Positions 44,281 through 54,619 of a stretch of 64,000 nucleotides of DNA are shown here, piece after piece. Position 1 is the first letter of the stretch. Every line of letters starts with the position of its first letter. Origin of the DNA: an uncultured bacterium (GTDB taxonomy: Bacteria; Chloroflexota; UBA5177; JANWHV01). The stretch covers positions 704,001-768,000 of the forward strand of contig CAVSOU010000011.1 of NCBI GenBank assembly GCA_963729625.1. Direction: 5' to 3'. A program made the translations under genes and the position numbers. A model generated the notes under the pieces. The model did not search any database and was not told the origin of the DNA. It worked only from the letters and a program-made list of their open reading frames with translations.

Positions 44281-45762
44281 CTACGCTCTGACGACAACCG
44301 TATTGCTTACCTTGTCGTGCCAGCCTTGTCGTCGCCGGTCCCAGAGTAGCCAGAGCATACTCGGCAATAGCGCCAGGCTCAACACAAGCCCGAGGAGACG
44401 GGCGAAGGACGCACCAGGGCCGACTTTCGCGCCGTCTGCCCGCACGAGCCGCAAGCCCATTGCCCGGTAGCCGAGTGTCTGGCCATGCCAAGCCCAGCAC
44501 GGCACGAAATACAGCGCAGGACTGACCAGCAGCAGCAATCCGACGGGCGTGCTGAGGGATGGCGCCGCCTCAACCAGGCCACCGCCGAGAAGGAAGCATC
44601 CCAGCAGGATCGTGACGTCAACCAGAAAAGCGCCCAGCCGTGGCCCCACCGGTGCCAGCATGAGCTGGTCCGGTGGCAAGGCGCGGGAGAGCTGATCTTG
44701 GGTGTACCCGCTGGAATGCCATAGCTCGACAACCGCGGGCGGCCGAGACGGTATCGTCTTCGACGTGTCGGACCTGGCTACCGGCGATAACCCTGTCGAC
44801 GGCTGCTCCGTCGCGGCTTGGCCGGCGAGAGCGGCGTCAAAAGCCGCGACGGTAAGGAAGCGCTCTTCGATGGACAGACTGAGCGCGCGCTGCAGCGCAG
44901 CAGCGACGTCCGCACTGGTCGTCGGCACCAGGGTGCGCACATCGGGGAAGACAAATGGGGGGAAGGCTGCAGGATCGCGTCCTGTCAACAGGTGGTGCAT
45001 GGTCGCCGCCAGCGCATATTCGTCAGAACGCGCCTCTGCCAATCCCTGATACTGTTCCGGCGGCGCATAGCCGCCGGTGCCGATAGCGGTACCGCCTGCA
45101 GCGCTCCTCCGTCGGGCAATTCCGAAATCAATCAGCGTCAACCTGCCGTCCGGGCGCAGCATGATGTTCTGCGGTTTCAGGTCGCGGAAAATGACGGGCG
45201 GGGTCTGGCTGTGAAGATAGGTCAGTGCTCCAGTGAGGACGGCGGCCCATGACAGCACCTGTGCTTCAGGCAGGCCGGGGTCGCCGCGCTGCGCCAGCTC
45301 AGCTGCCAAGTTGTGGCCTTCGATATACTCCATGACCAGGAAACGCGCGCTGCCTTCCGAGACGACATCGCGGATATCGCAAATCGCGGGGTGCTGCAGC
45401 TGCGCAAGTACCTCGACCTCGCGCGCGAACATGGCCATGGCTTCCTGTGCCTCGGCCGGATCGGCGCTATGCAAGAGAATGGTCTTGATCGCGCACGGCC
45501 GCCCCTGGAGCTTCTCATCCGAGGCGCGCCATACCGCGCCCATGGCGCCTGAGGCGATAGGCGCCTCGACGCGATAGCGACCGCCGACGAGTTCGCCGCT
45601 GTGCAGCACGGGCGCGTCGAATGCAGCAGCATTCGTCGGCGCCGCTGCTCCCACGTTCTGCCGTGCAGGGCTCTCGACGCGCGCGCCACAATTCGGGCAA
45701 TAAACGGTCCCAACCACCACAGGTTGCGAGCATGCAGGGCACACGGTCTCGGCCACGCGCAT
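44281..45762 (-). CDS. Zinc-ribbon - Ser/Thr protein kinase - RDD membrane domain protein
   Basis: CPAC/CPNC; SGAMGAVW, AIK, FRDLKPQN, DFG, GYAPPEQ; RLGAFLVD...GQTLGY...GWHDKVSNTVVV (RDD). Confidence 0.93.
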   Translation of the reverse strand: MRVAETVCPACSQPVVVGTVYCPNCGARVESPARQNVGAAAPTNAAAFDAPVLHSGELVGGRYRVEAPIASGAMGAVWRASDEKLQGRPCAIKTILLHSADPAEAQEAMAMFAREVEVLAQLQHPAICDIRDVVSEGSARFLVMEYIEGHNLAAELAQRGDPGLPEAQVLSWAAVLTGALTYLHSQTPPVIFRDLKPQNIMLRPDGRLTLIDFGIARRRSAAGGTAIGTGGYAPPEQYQGLAEARSDEYALAATMHHLLTGRDPAAFPPFVFPDVRTLVPTTSADVAAALQRALSLSIEERFLTVAAFDAALAGQAATEQPSTGLSPVARSDTSKTIPSRPPAVVELWHSSGYTQDQLSRALPPDQLMLAPVGPRLGAFLVDVTILLGCFLLGGGLVEAAPSLSTPVGLLLLVSPALYFVPCWAWHGQTLGYRAMGLRLVRADGAKVGPGASFARLLGLVLSLALLPSMLWLLWDRRRQGWHDKVSNTVVVRA

Positions 45763-45855
45763 TCCTCCGGTTTCGGCTCAGGTATATGATGCTGCAGCCG
45801 CTTGCACGAAAGCGACGTCCGCTCCCCACGGCACCAAACAGGCCGAGCTACTGCC

Positions 45856-45871
45856 GATAAGCTGCAGCGCT
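45856..45871. repeat. 16-bp direct repeat GATAAGCTGCAGCGCT, copy 2
   Basis: Identical to 44186-44201. Confidence 0.75.
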
Positions 45872-46177
45872 TCGGTTGCAGGTGATCCAGCACGTGCCCG
45901 TCATGCTGGCCCGCATCCCACTGGACTTGTCGCGCGAGTTACAAACTACGATACAACCTCAGCGGCTAATGCGCCGCGAGCAGTATCCGTTCGGACGCCG
46001 CCGGCAGCAGGCGGCGGGCGCCCGATGCGTGGCCTGGGCTCGACGCGCGAATGTGATGGCTGTGGGCGCCATCGCCGCTCCCTTACCTCCACGCGCACCA
46101 ATGACCTTCGCCAGGGCGTCTGCCGCGAGCGCGCCGCCGGCACGATTGTCGGTGGAGATAGTCGTTCCACATGAACT

Positions 46178-49100
46178 TCACGGCACATTCGCGCATGCCT
46201 TGCGGTATGGCAGGTCACCGAGGTACTCCTTCCATTCCTGGGCCGTTAGGTTGCGATTGGCGATCGCACAGGCACGTTGTGCCAGGGACGTGGGCCCGAT
46301 GGACCACAGCCGGAGAGGCGCGTCGGACACCCCGGCAGTGCCCGCGGCCAGCAGCCGGCCGTCCGGACTGAAGGCAAGGCTCGTGACCTTATCCCCGTGC
46401 CCGGCCAGAGCCGGGCCGAGTGTCTGCCCGGTCGCCAGGTCCCACAGGTGGATCGTGCCGTCGTCGCCACCGGACGCCAGGGTCTGGCCGTCGGGACTGA
46501 AGGCCACGCTGTACAGCGGGCTGGTGCTCGTGGTGAGGGGCAGACCCAGCGCTCGCCGGTGCCCCACATCCCACAGTCGGACCGCACAGTCGGCGGAGGC
46601 CAGGATCCGGCCATCCGGGCTGAATGCCAGGCTGTTCACCGGGCCGGTGCACCCCGTAAGCGGCCGACCGAGCAGCTGCCGCGTTGCCACACGCCACAGG
46701 CGTATGGTCCCGTCCTGGCCGCCGGAAGCCAGTGTCTGACCGTCCGGACTGAAGGCTACGCTCAGCACGGCACCTGCGTGCCCGGCGAGCGGCGGCCCGA
46801 TCGCTTGCCCGCGTACCGCATCCCACAGCCGGACGTTGCCGTCTCCGCCGCCGGTGGCCTCGATCCTGCCATCGGCACTGTATGCGGCGCTGCTGACGTC
46901 GTACAGTGCGTGGGCTGAGCCGATCGGCCGGCCGTTCCGCACGTCCCACCGGAGGAAGTTCGCGCCCCCGGCGGCCGGATCGGCGCCGGTAGCGGCCAGG
47001 GTGTTGCCGCCGGGACTGAAAGCCAAGCTCAACACTGATCCTGCGTCCCCGGCCAGGGGTGGACCGACCGGTTGGCCAGTCGTCACGCTCCACAAGCGAA
47101 CGGTCGCGTCAGCGCCGCCCGCCGCCAGGGTTGTGCCGTCTGGGCTGAAGGCCTCGCTACTGACCTGACCGACTGGCCCGGCAAGCACCCGGCTGAGGGC
47201 GCCGGCGCCCGTGGCGTCCCAGAGGCGCACCGTGCCGTCATCGCCGGTGGACACGAGCGTTTGGCCGTCGGGGCTGAAGGCGAGACCGTTCACCGGGCCG
47301 GTATGGCCGGTGAGGGGCGGATTGACCGGTTGCCAGGTCGCCGCGTTCCAGAGCCGGATAATCCCAACCTCGCCGCTCGCAGCGAGGAGCGTACCGTCCG
47401 GACTGAAGGCCACGGCATACACCGGGCCGGAGCCCGCGACGAGCACCTGGCGGGATAATCGCCGGCTCACCATATCCCACCGCAGGATCGCGCCCCCCTC
47501 GCTGCCGGCGGCGAGCGTGCGGCCGTCGGGACTGAAGGCCAGGCTTTGCGCGACGAACGTGGTCGCGCCGCGCAAGGGCGCCAAGAGCCTGTGCCGCGCC
47601 ACGTCCCACAGCGCGATAGTGCCGCCTTCGCCGCACGTAGCCAGGATCGTGCCGTCGGGGCTGAAGGCCACGGCATTCACGTACCAGAGCCCCGCGTGCA
47701 GCGGCGTGGCGAGCGCCCGGCGGCCCGCCGCGTCCCAGAGCTGGATCGTGCCGGAACCGTCGCCCGCCGCGAGAATCTTGCCATCCGGGCTGAAGGCCAC
47801 GCTGTTGACGGAACTGCGCTGTCCCGCCGGCAATGTCGCCAGCAGCCGCCGGCTCGCCACATTCCAGAGTTGTACCGTGCCATCGCTGCTCGCGGCGGCA
47901 AGCACCGTGCCGTCCGGGCTGAAGGCGAGGCTGCTCACCGCATCGGTATGGCCGGTGAGCGGCGGGCCGATGGCCTGGCGTTGTGCCAAGTCCCACAGCC
48001 GTACCGTACCGTCTTCGCTGCCGGAGGCGATAATCCCTCCCCTGGGGCTGAAGGCTAGGCTGCGCACGGGGCCGGCCTGCGCCGCGAGAAATGCCAGCAG
48101 GCGCGGATTGTAGTCGATGGCGCGGATCAAGCCGGCATGGGTTTGCGCCGAGCCGTTCAATCGGTCGGCTTCCGTGCTCAGCAGCAGCGCGACCTGCAGG
48201 TTGCTGCCCAGCAACGTGCCGGCCCGCAAATCCAGGTCGCGCACCAGCTCGGCGACCGCCGCATCGCGGGCGGCCACCGCGCGTGTCCGTTCATTCGAAG
48301 CCACCGAGGCGTTGGTGAGGGCCACGATGCCCAAGGCCGCGGCGACCAGCAGGAAGAGGGCCAGCACCGCGGCGAGCAGGCGCAGCCGCGTGCCCGCCAG
48401 GCGCGCGAGCCCCAACTCGCGCGCCTGCCGCGCTTGCTCCCCCGCCGCCTGTTCGTGCTCCGCCCTCTCGGCCGCCGTGAGGAAGGCATGCTCCTCGGCA
48501 CTCGGCGTGTTCCGCGCCGCCCAGGCCCGTGCCTCTACCAGGACGGTGCCGCGATAGAGATGGTCGCTGGGCTGGCCACGCCGGGCCCAGACGGCGGCGT
48601 CGGCGCTGATCGTCTGCTGCAGGCGCACGTCTTCCCGCGCCTCGTGCAGCCAGCCCGACAGCCGCGGCCACTCGCGAATCAGCGCCTCGTGACTGACCTC
48701 CACGCGGCTGGTGCCGCCCTGCTCGCTCGCGGTCAGCAGCCGCGCCAGCACGAAGGCGTCTGCCACCTCGCGCATCAGCGCAGTCTGCCCGGTGTCGGAC
48801 AGGATCAGCTCGCTCACTGCCGCTCGCCGGCGGGTCGTGTCCTGCTCGGTGGCGCCCGGGTCGATCAGCCGCAGGAAAAGCGCCCGCGCCAGATGTCGAT
48901 GATCGTCGGTGGGCAGCGCGGTGTAGGTCGCCTCGGCCTGCCGGCTCATCGCGCCGCGCACGCCGCCCAGCTCCTCGTAGGCGGCCACGGTCAGGGTCGT
49001 TCCCTGGCGGCGCGCGACGAGCTGCTCGAGGGTGAACTCGAGCAGGGGCAGCGCCCCCGCCTGGCCTGCCACCTCTAAAGCAGATCGCCCACCAGGCTGG

Positions 49101-50567
49101 GCTCGAAGCGAGACTGCACGTCGGGCAGGGCAGCAGGCCGCTCGACGGCCTCCCGCAGCTCGGCCACGCTCATCGGCACCACGACCTTGCCGTGCGTCTC
49201 CAGCAGGGCCGCGAGACCGGGATAGGCCAGTGGCCGGTCATAGAAGTCGGCACGCAGGGTGAGGATGGCTAGCAGCGGGCCGCGCGGCTCGCCGACCGCC
49301 GTGAGCAGGAGGTCGATGAATTGCCGGCGTTCCTCCTCATCCGTGGTGAGCGTGAACAGCTCCTCGAGCTGGTCGACCACCAGCACCACCCGCTGGTCGG
49401 GATGAGGGGCCAGTTGCCGCGCCCAGAGGTGCAGGCCACGGGCGTCCTCGGCGCCGAGGTCCTCCCGCAGGGCATGGATGCTGCGCTCACCCTTGCCTGC
49501 CAGGGCCACGGCCAGGGCCTCCAGGGGCCGGGCGCCGGGGAGGACCGGATCGAGGTAGACCCAGCTCTCGCTGCCGGGCAGGGCGCCCGCCTTGAGGCGC
49601 GGGAGGAGCCCGGCGCGCACCAGGCTGGACTTGCCCGAGCCGCTCGGTCCCACCACGGCCAGCAGGCGGGCCGGCGCGGCCTGCGCCGTAGCCAGGATGG
49701 ACGCAACCGCCTCCACCAGCGTCTGCACGAAGGCGGCCCGCCCGAAGAAGTCGCCCGCGTCCTCCTCGCCGAACGCGCGCAGGCCCTTGTACGGGTTGCG
49801 TGGCGCCACCGGCGCGGCCGGTGCGCGCAACGGATTCCTCCAGGCAGGGAGAGTGGCGCGCCTATCGCGGCGACGATGGCGGCGATTGCCTCGGCATAGC
49901 GCGCCCCGCGGGCATCCACGTAGGGCACGCTGGCCAGTCCCACCGGCACACAGTCCTGCCACTCCTCCCCCGCCGACCAGATTGGCACGATGGGGCGGCC
50001 GTACATCTCGGCCAGGCTGAGCTCCCTGAGGACCCAGCGCGATGAGCGGGTAGCGGGCGACGCCACCAGCAGCACAGCCCGGCAGGCGCGCATGGCCGTC
50101 CGCATCGCTTCCGGCCGGCCCGCCCCGGATTGCGGCTGAGAGTGCTCCGACCAGCCTGCGACACCGTTCGCGGCGAGGTCAGCCTGCAGCCGCGCCACAA
50201 AGTCGCCGTCCTCCACCGCATGCGAGAGGACTGCGGAGGGCGTGTCCGCCCCCTTGTGCACGTGCTGGGCGAGCGGCGGCTGGGCCTCGTCGCCGAAGCG
50301 CTCCCACAGTTCCGGCGCGGCTGTAGTCGTCTCCTGCCAGGTACGGGCAGCGGCGAGAAGACGGTCGCCGTCGGCGGCCGGCAGGCCGAGGGCTTTGGCG
50401 AGCCGGTGTACCGTGTCGGGATAGGGGCGGTGCGCGCCCTGCTCCAGGTACTTGAGCGCGCGCGTGCTCAGCTCCGCCCGCTCAGCCAACTCCTCCTGCG
50501 TCAGGTTGGCGGCGCGTCGATACCCCCGAAGGAGCGCTCCAAATACCTGCGCCTGTGTGCCCGCCAT
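46178..50567 (-). CDS. XRE-HTH - TIR - STAND (nSTAND1-like) NTPase - TM - 14x WD40 protein, interrupted by two frameshifts (~49830, ~49075)
   Basis: FGALLRGYRRAANLTQEELAERA; AVLSHAVEDGDFVARLQADL...SSRWVLRELSLA; NPYKGLRAF, GPSGSGKSS, VVDQLEELF, LRADFY; GALPLLEF; HEALIREWPRL; TM helix; 14 AFSPDG-type repeats. Stitched by hand from three ORFs. Confidence 0.88.
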
Positions 50568-50887
50568 CTTCTCGCGCCGTCGCGCCTTCCCCGGTCGCGC
50601 GTTCGCACCGCTTTCCGTCGCTTTCTGCGCACCATCATAGCACAGCCGTCTCACTACTTTTCCCCTAACTTTGCCCGTGCTTTGCCTGGTGTGACGCGCG
50701 CGCAGGGTGCACGCTAGCGGTGTTGATACTCGTGCATCGAGGCCGATCCGATCGGCGTTTCCGGCTACCGGCACGGGGGCATATCGCGATAGTTCGTGCA
50801 GGAGGGGACCGTGCCGATCGTCCCGGCAAACCAGGAGGTCATCGATCAAACGAGCACCCGATGGGACTGAAACAGAAGGAGACGGGA

Positions 50888-51580
50888 ATGAAACGCACTT
50901 GGAAGGTGGTAGCAGTTCTGGCGGTCGCGCTCGCCCTCGCCGCGACTGGACCCATGCGGGCCGCCGAGGCGGGGAGTTCGCAGCCCCATGTGTTCTCGCC
51001 CCAGTTGCGCCCCTACGGTCACTCGTACAGCGAATGGGAAGTCCGGCTCGACCAGTGGCAATTCGCCATACCCGCATCGGAGAACCCCGGTTTGGTCCAT
51101 ACCGGTGCGCACTGCGCCGAGGGTCAGTCCGGCCCGGTCTGGTACCTCATCGCGCCCATGTACGCCACCGATACCCAGACCTGCACGGTGCCTGCCGGCA
51201 AGGCGTTCCTCATTAGTCCGGCTGGCTGGGAGTGTTCGACGGCTGAAGGAGGCGGCGACACCTCTGCGGCACTGCGTGACTGCGCCAGGAAGGACCAGGA
51301 TACGGTGACAATAGCCAACGTCACAATAGATGGGGTGCACCTCACGAACCTGCTCACCCGCTATCGGTTCGTTACCCCCCTGTTCACCTTCAAGTATCCT
51401 GCTGACAACATGCTGCAGCAGGTGCCTGGGCCTGGCACCACCGCGTCGGTCGGTGACGGCATCGTCGTCATGCTGGCTCCGCTGGCCGCGGGACATCACA
51501 CGCTCGAAATGGGCTCCCGGTCTGTCGCTCCTCACTCGATGGCTGGAGGAGTCACCTACCACCTGACGGTTAGCCGCTGA
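50888..51580 (+). CDS. Secreted 4-Cys protein of unknown function, array copy 1 (intact)
   Basis: AAGGAG RBS; signal peptide; PYGHSYSEW...TGAHCAEGQSGPVWYL...TCTVPAGKA...LAPLAAGHHTL...YHLTV. Confidence 0.88.
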   Translation: MKRTWKVVAVLAVALALAATGPMRAAEAGSSQPHVFSPQLRPYGHSYSEWEVRLDQWQFAIPASENPGLVHTGAHCAEGQSGPVWYLIAPMYATDTQTCTVPAGKAFLISPAGWECSTAEGGGDTSAALRDCARKDQDTVTIANVTIDGVHLTNLLTRYRFVTPLFTFKYPADNMLQQVPGPGTTASVGDGIVVMLAPLAAGHHTLEMGSRSVAPHSMAGGVTYHLTVSR

Positions 51581-51771
51581 TCGGCGTGTTCCTGGCGGCA
51601 CCCGCCGACTGCCTCAGGGCCTGCTGCATGACAGGCCCTAACATGCCAGGCAGAAACCGGCCAGTGCAGACAGCGTTCGGGTTGCATCATGATGAGAAGA
51701 CCGTGAAACGCATGAAGAAGCTGGGAGCGGTACTGGTGGCCATGCTCACTGTCGTGACCCTGGGATCGGCA

Positions 51772-51914
51772 TGCGACACCGTTCGCGGCGAGGTCAGCCT
51801 GCAGCCGCGCCACAAAGTCGCCGTCCTCCACTGCATGCGAGAGGACGGCGGAGGGCGTGTCCGCCCCCTTGTGCACGTGCTGGGCGAGCGGCGGCTGGGC
51901 CTCATCGCCGAAGC
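51772..51914 (-). repeat. 143-bp copy of the linker/TIR-start region of the NLR-like gene (50157-50299)
   Basis: Colinear, same orientation, 3 mismatches by eye. Confidence 0.9.
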
Positions 51915-51962
51915 CATCAAGCAAGCCGGCACACGTGCGGGCTGAAACTGAAGGAGATGGAA

Positions 51963-52638
51963 ATGAAAAGCACATGGAGGGTGGTAGCAGTTCTGGCGGT
52001 CGCGCTCAGCCCTCGTCGCAATGGGACCCATGCGGGCCGTCGAGGCGGGGAGTCCGCAGCTTCATGTGTTCTCGCCCCAGTCACGCCCCTACGGCCACAC
52101 GTACAGCGAATGGGCCGTACGGTGGTGGCAGTGGGATCTCGCCATACCTTCTACGAGTAACCCTCTGACCGATGACTCCGGTGCGCATTGCGCCATAGGA
52201 CAGTCCGGTCCCGTCTGGTACCTCAGCGGGACGGCCGCCGGCGGCACCGATTGTGCGGACCTGCACGGTGCCTTCCGGCAAGGCACTACTCATCTTGGCG
52301 GCGGGCTCAGAGTGTTCGACCGTGGAAGGAGCTGGCGACACCTTTGAGGCACTACGTGCCTGCACCAGGAAGTACACCGATGAGAGTGACAGAGAGCTGA
52401 CATCACGGCGGATGGTGTTGACATTTCACACCTGCTCACACGTTACCGGTTCGCGACCTCCATGTTCACCTTTGCATATCCCAAGGACTTCATCTGTGAG
52501 GCAAGCACCTGCGCCGGCGGTGGGACATCGTATATGCTTGCTCCGCTAGCGGCGGGACAGCGCGCAATCGAGTGCGCGGCGGTCTGGCCTCCCGCTCGAT
52601 GGCGGGACAGTAAGATCCATCTGACGATTGGCCGCTGA
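51963..52638 (+). pseudogene. Secreted 4-Cys protein, array copy 2 (frameshifted)
   Basis: Pieces in different frames (MKSTWRVVAVL; PYGHTYSEWAVRWWQW; RTCTVPSGKA); degraded 3' end. Confidence 0.75.
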
Positions 52639-52771
52639 GCAGCGCCAGCGGCGCGCCGTGGTGCCGCTGCAACGGCCTGCATGCAGAAGGCCAAAAAAGA
52701 AAGAGAGTGAAACGCATGAAGGGAGAGGACGAGAAAAGAAAAAGAGGTGAGACAGGGATAGGCACCGAAAT

Positions 52772-52893
52772 CGTTCGCGGCGAGGTCAGCCTGCAGCTGC
52801 AAAAAGCGTCTGCACGCATGCGAGAGGACGGCGGAGGCGTGTCGCCCCCGTGCACGTGCTGGGCGAGCGGCGTCAGGGCGTGATCGGCGAAGC
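52772..52893 (-). repeat. Second, degenerate copy of the TIR-start region
   Basis: cgttcgcggcgaggtcagcctgcagc...gcatgcgagaggacggcggagg...gtgcacgtgctgggcgagcggcg. Confidence 0.8.
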
Positions 52894-52937
52894 TAAGAAG
52901 CCGGTATATGTGCGGGCTGAACTGTAAGGAGAAAGAT

Positions 52938-53642
52938 ATGACAGCACATGGAGGAAGCTAGCAGCGTTGCTGGCAGTCATGCTCGCCATCCTCGCAATGG
53001 GACCGGCGCCTGCCGCCGCGCGCGGCAAGCCGCACCGATTCACGTCTTCCCGCCCCAGGCACGCCCGTACGGCCACACGTACAGCGAATGGGCCGTACGG
53101 TACTGGCAGTGGGATCTGGCCATACCCGTCTACGCAGTAACCCTCTGACTCGATAACTTCGGTGCACACTGCGCCGTAGGACCAGTCCGGTCCCGGTCTG
53201 GTACCTCAGCGGGACGGCCGCCGGCGGCACCATTGTGCGGACCTGCACGGTGCCTTCCGGCAAGGCACTACTCATCTTGGCGGCGGGCTCAGAGTGTTCG
53301 ACCGTGGAAGGAGCTGGCGACACCTTTGAGGCACTACGTGCCTGCGCCAGGAAGTACACCGATGGAGTGACAGAAGCTGACATCACGGCGGATGGTGTTG
53401 ACATTTCACACCTGCTCACACGTTACCGGTTCGCGACCTCCATGTTCACCTTTGCATATCCCAAGGACTTCATCTTTGGCAAGGTCCCTGCGCCCGGGAC
53501 GAGCAAATCGGTGGCTGACATCATGTTCATCATGCTTGCTCCGCTGGCGGCGGGACAGCACGCAATCGAGGTGCGCGGCCGGTCTGGCCCTCCCGCTGCG
53601 ATGGCCTGGGACATTAAGTACCATCTGACGATTGGCCGCTGA
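52938..53642 (+). pseudogene. Secreted 4-Cys protein, array copy 3 (5' frameshifted, 3' intact)
   Basis: 5' end resembles copy 4 with indels; 53235-53642 is a clean frame, nearly identical to copy 2 over about 52200-52495. Confidence 0.75.
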
Positions 53643-53778
53643 GCAGCGCCAGCCCGGCGCTGCGCACAAAATGTCCCGGTGCCTCGCTGCACGGCCTGCC
53701 GATGCAGGGCCCTGGCGCGGGTCAGGACGCGATCGGCGAAGCTAGCCGGTATTCGGGCTGAACTGTATGGAGAAAGCC

Positions 53779-54498
53779 ATGACACACATGAGGAAGCTCG
53801 CAGCCTTGCTCGCAGTCATGCTCGCCATCCTCGCCTTGGGACCGGCGCCTGCCGCCCGCGCGGCAAGCGCACCGCTTCATGTCTTTCCGCCCCAAGCGCG
53901 CCCCTATGGTCACACGTACACGGAATGGGAAATCCGATTCTGGCAGTGGTTGAATGCGATACCTGTGCCGCAGAACCCCTGGCTGGATAGCACTGGCGCG
54001 CACTGCGCGGTAGGCCAGTCCGGCCCGGCCTGGTACCTCCTCGACAACCTGGGCGTCGCCCATCCCGTTGTCCGCACCTGCACGGTACCGGCCGGCACAG
54101 CGCTGTTCGTCGCGCCGGGCATCGAGGGGTGTGCCACCGCGAATGGGGACGGCGATAGCTACGAGGCATTGCGCAAATGCACCGAAGGTTATGCCGCTAC
54201 GGCGACAGGAGCTGACGTTACGGTGGATGGGATTCACATCCCGAACGTGTTCACCCGCTACTTCTTCATGACCCCCCTCTTCACCTTCAAGTATCCCGCT
54301 CACAGCCTGCTGGACTATCCGAGTGCCTTGGGTCCCAGCGATGTGCCTGCGCCTGGGCCTGGGATCACCAAGTCAGTGGGTGGCGGCAACTTCGTCATGC
54401 TGGCGCCGCTTGCAGCGGGGCGGCACACGCTTGACCTGCGCGCCTGGGGTAGCTCGTGGGCCATAGAAACCACGTACCATCTGACGATCGGCCGCTGA
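53779..54498 (+). CDS. Secreted 4-Cys protein, array copy 4 (intact)
   Basis: GGAGA RBS; signal peptide; same scaffold motifs as copy 1. Confidence 0.88.
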   Translation: MTHMRKLAALLAVMLAILALGPAPAARAASAPLHVFPPQARPYGHTYTEWEIRFWQWLNAIPVPQNPWLDSTGAHCAVGQSGPAWYLLDNLGVAHPVVRTCTVPAGTALFVAPGIEGCATANGDGDSYEALRKCTEGYAATATGADVTVDGIHIPNVFTRYFFMTPLFTFKYPAHSLLDYPSALGPSDVPAPGPGITKSVGGGNFVMLAPLAAGRHTLDLRAWGSSWAIETTYHLTIGR

Positions 54499-54528
54499 GT
54501 CACGCGGGCCAGGCGTTGCGCGCAGATC

Positions 54529-54575
54529 GCCCTAGGACCCGCTGCACCGGTGGCCGATGAAGCGGGTCCTAGGGC
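54529..54575. terminator. Inverted repeat between convergent genes
   Basis: GCCCTAGGACCCGCT...AGCGGGTCCTAGGGC 15-bp arms. Confidence 0.6.
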
Positions 54576-54619
54576 AAGTCAACCATATGCTTCGAGGCAG
54601 CGGAAGCCCCGGAGCCGCT

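Noticed and set aside
46300-48100. Regularly spaced DNA repeats (ggctgaaggc / ggactgaaggc) as a CRISPR array
   Set aside because: They are codons of WD40 AFSPDG repeats inside an ORF, and no cas genes are present.
50157-54498. Diversity-generating retroelement (TR/VR pair) explanation for the TIR copies and paralogs
   Set aside because: No intact reverse transcriptase in the window; the 3 mismatches are not consistently adenine-specific; the only RT-related piece is a distant maturase relic.
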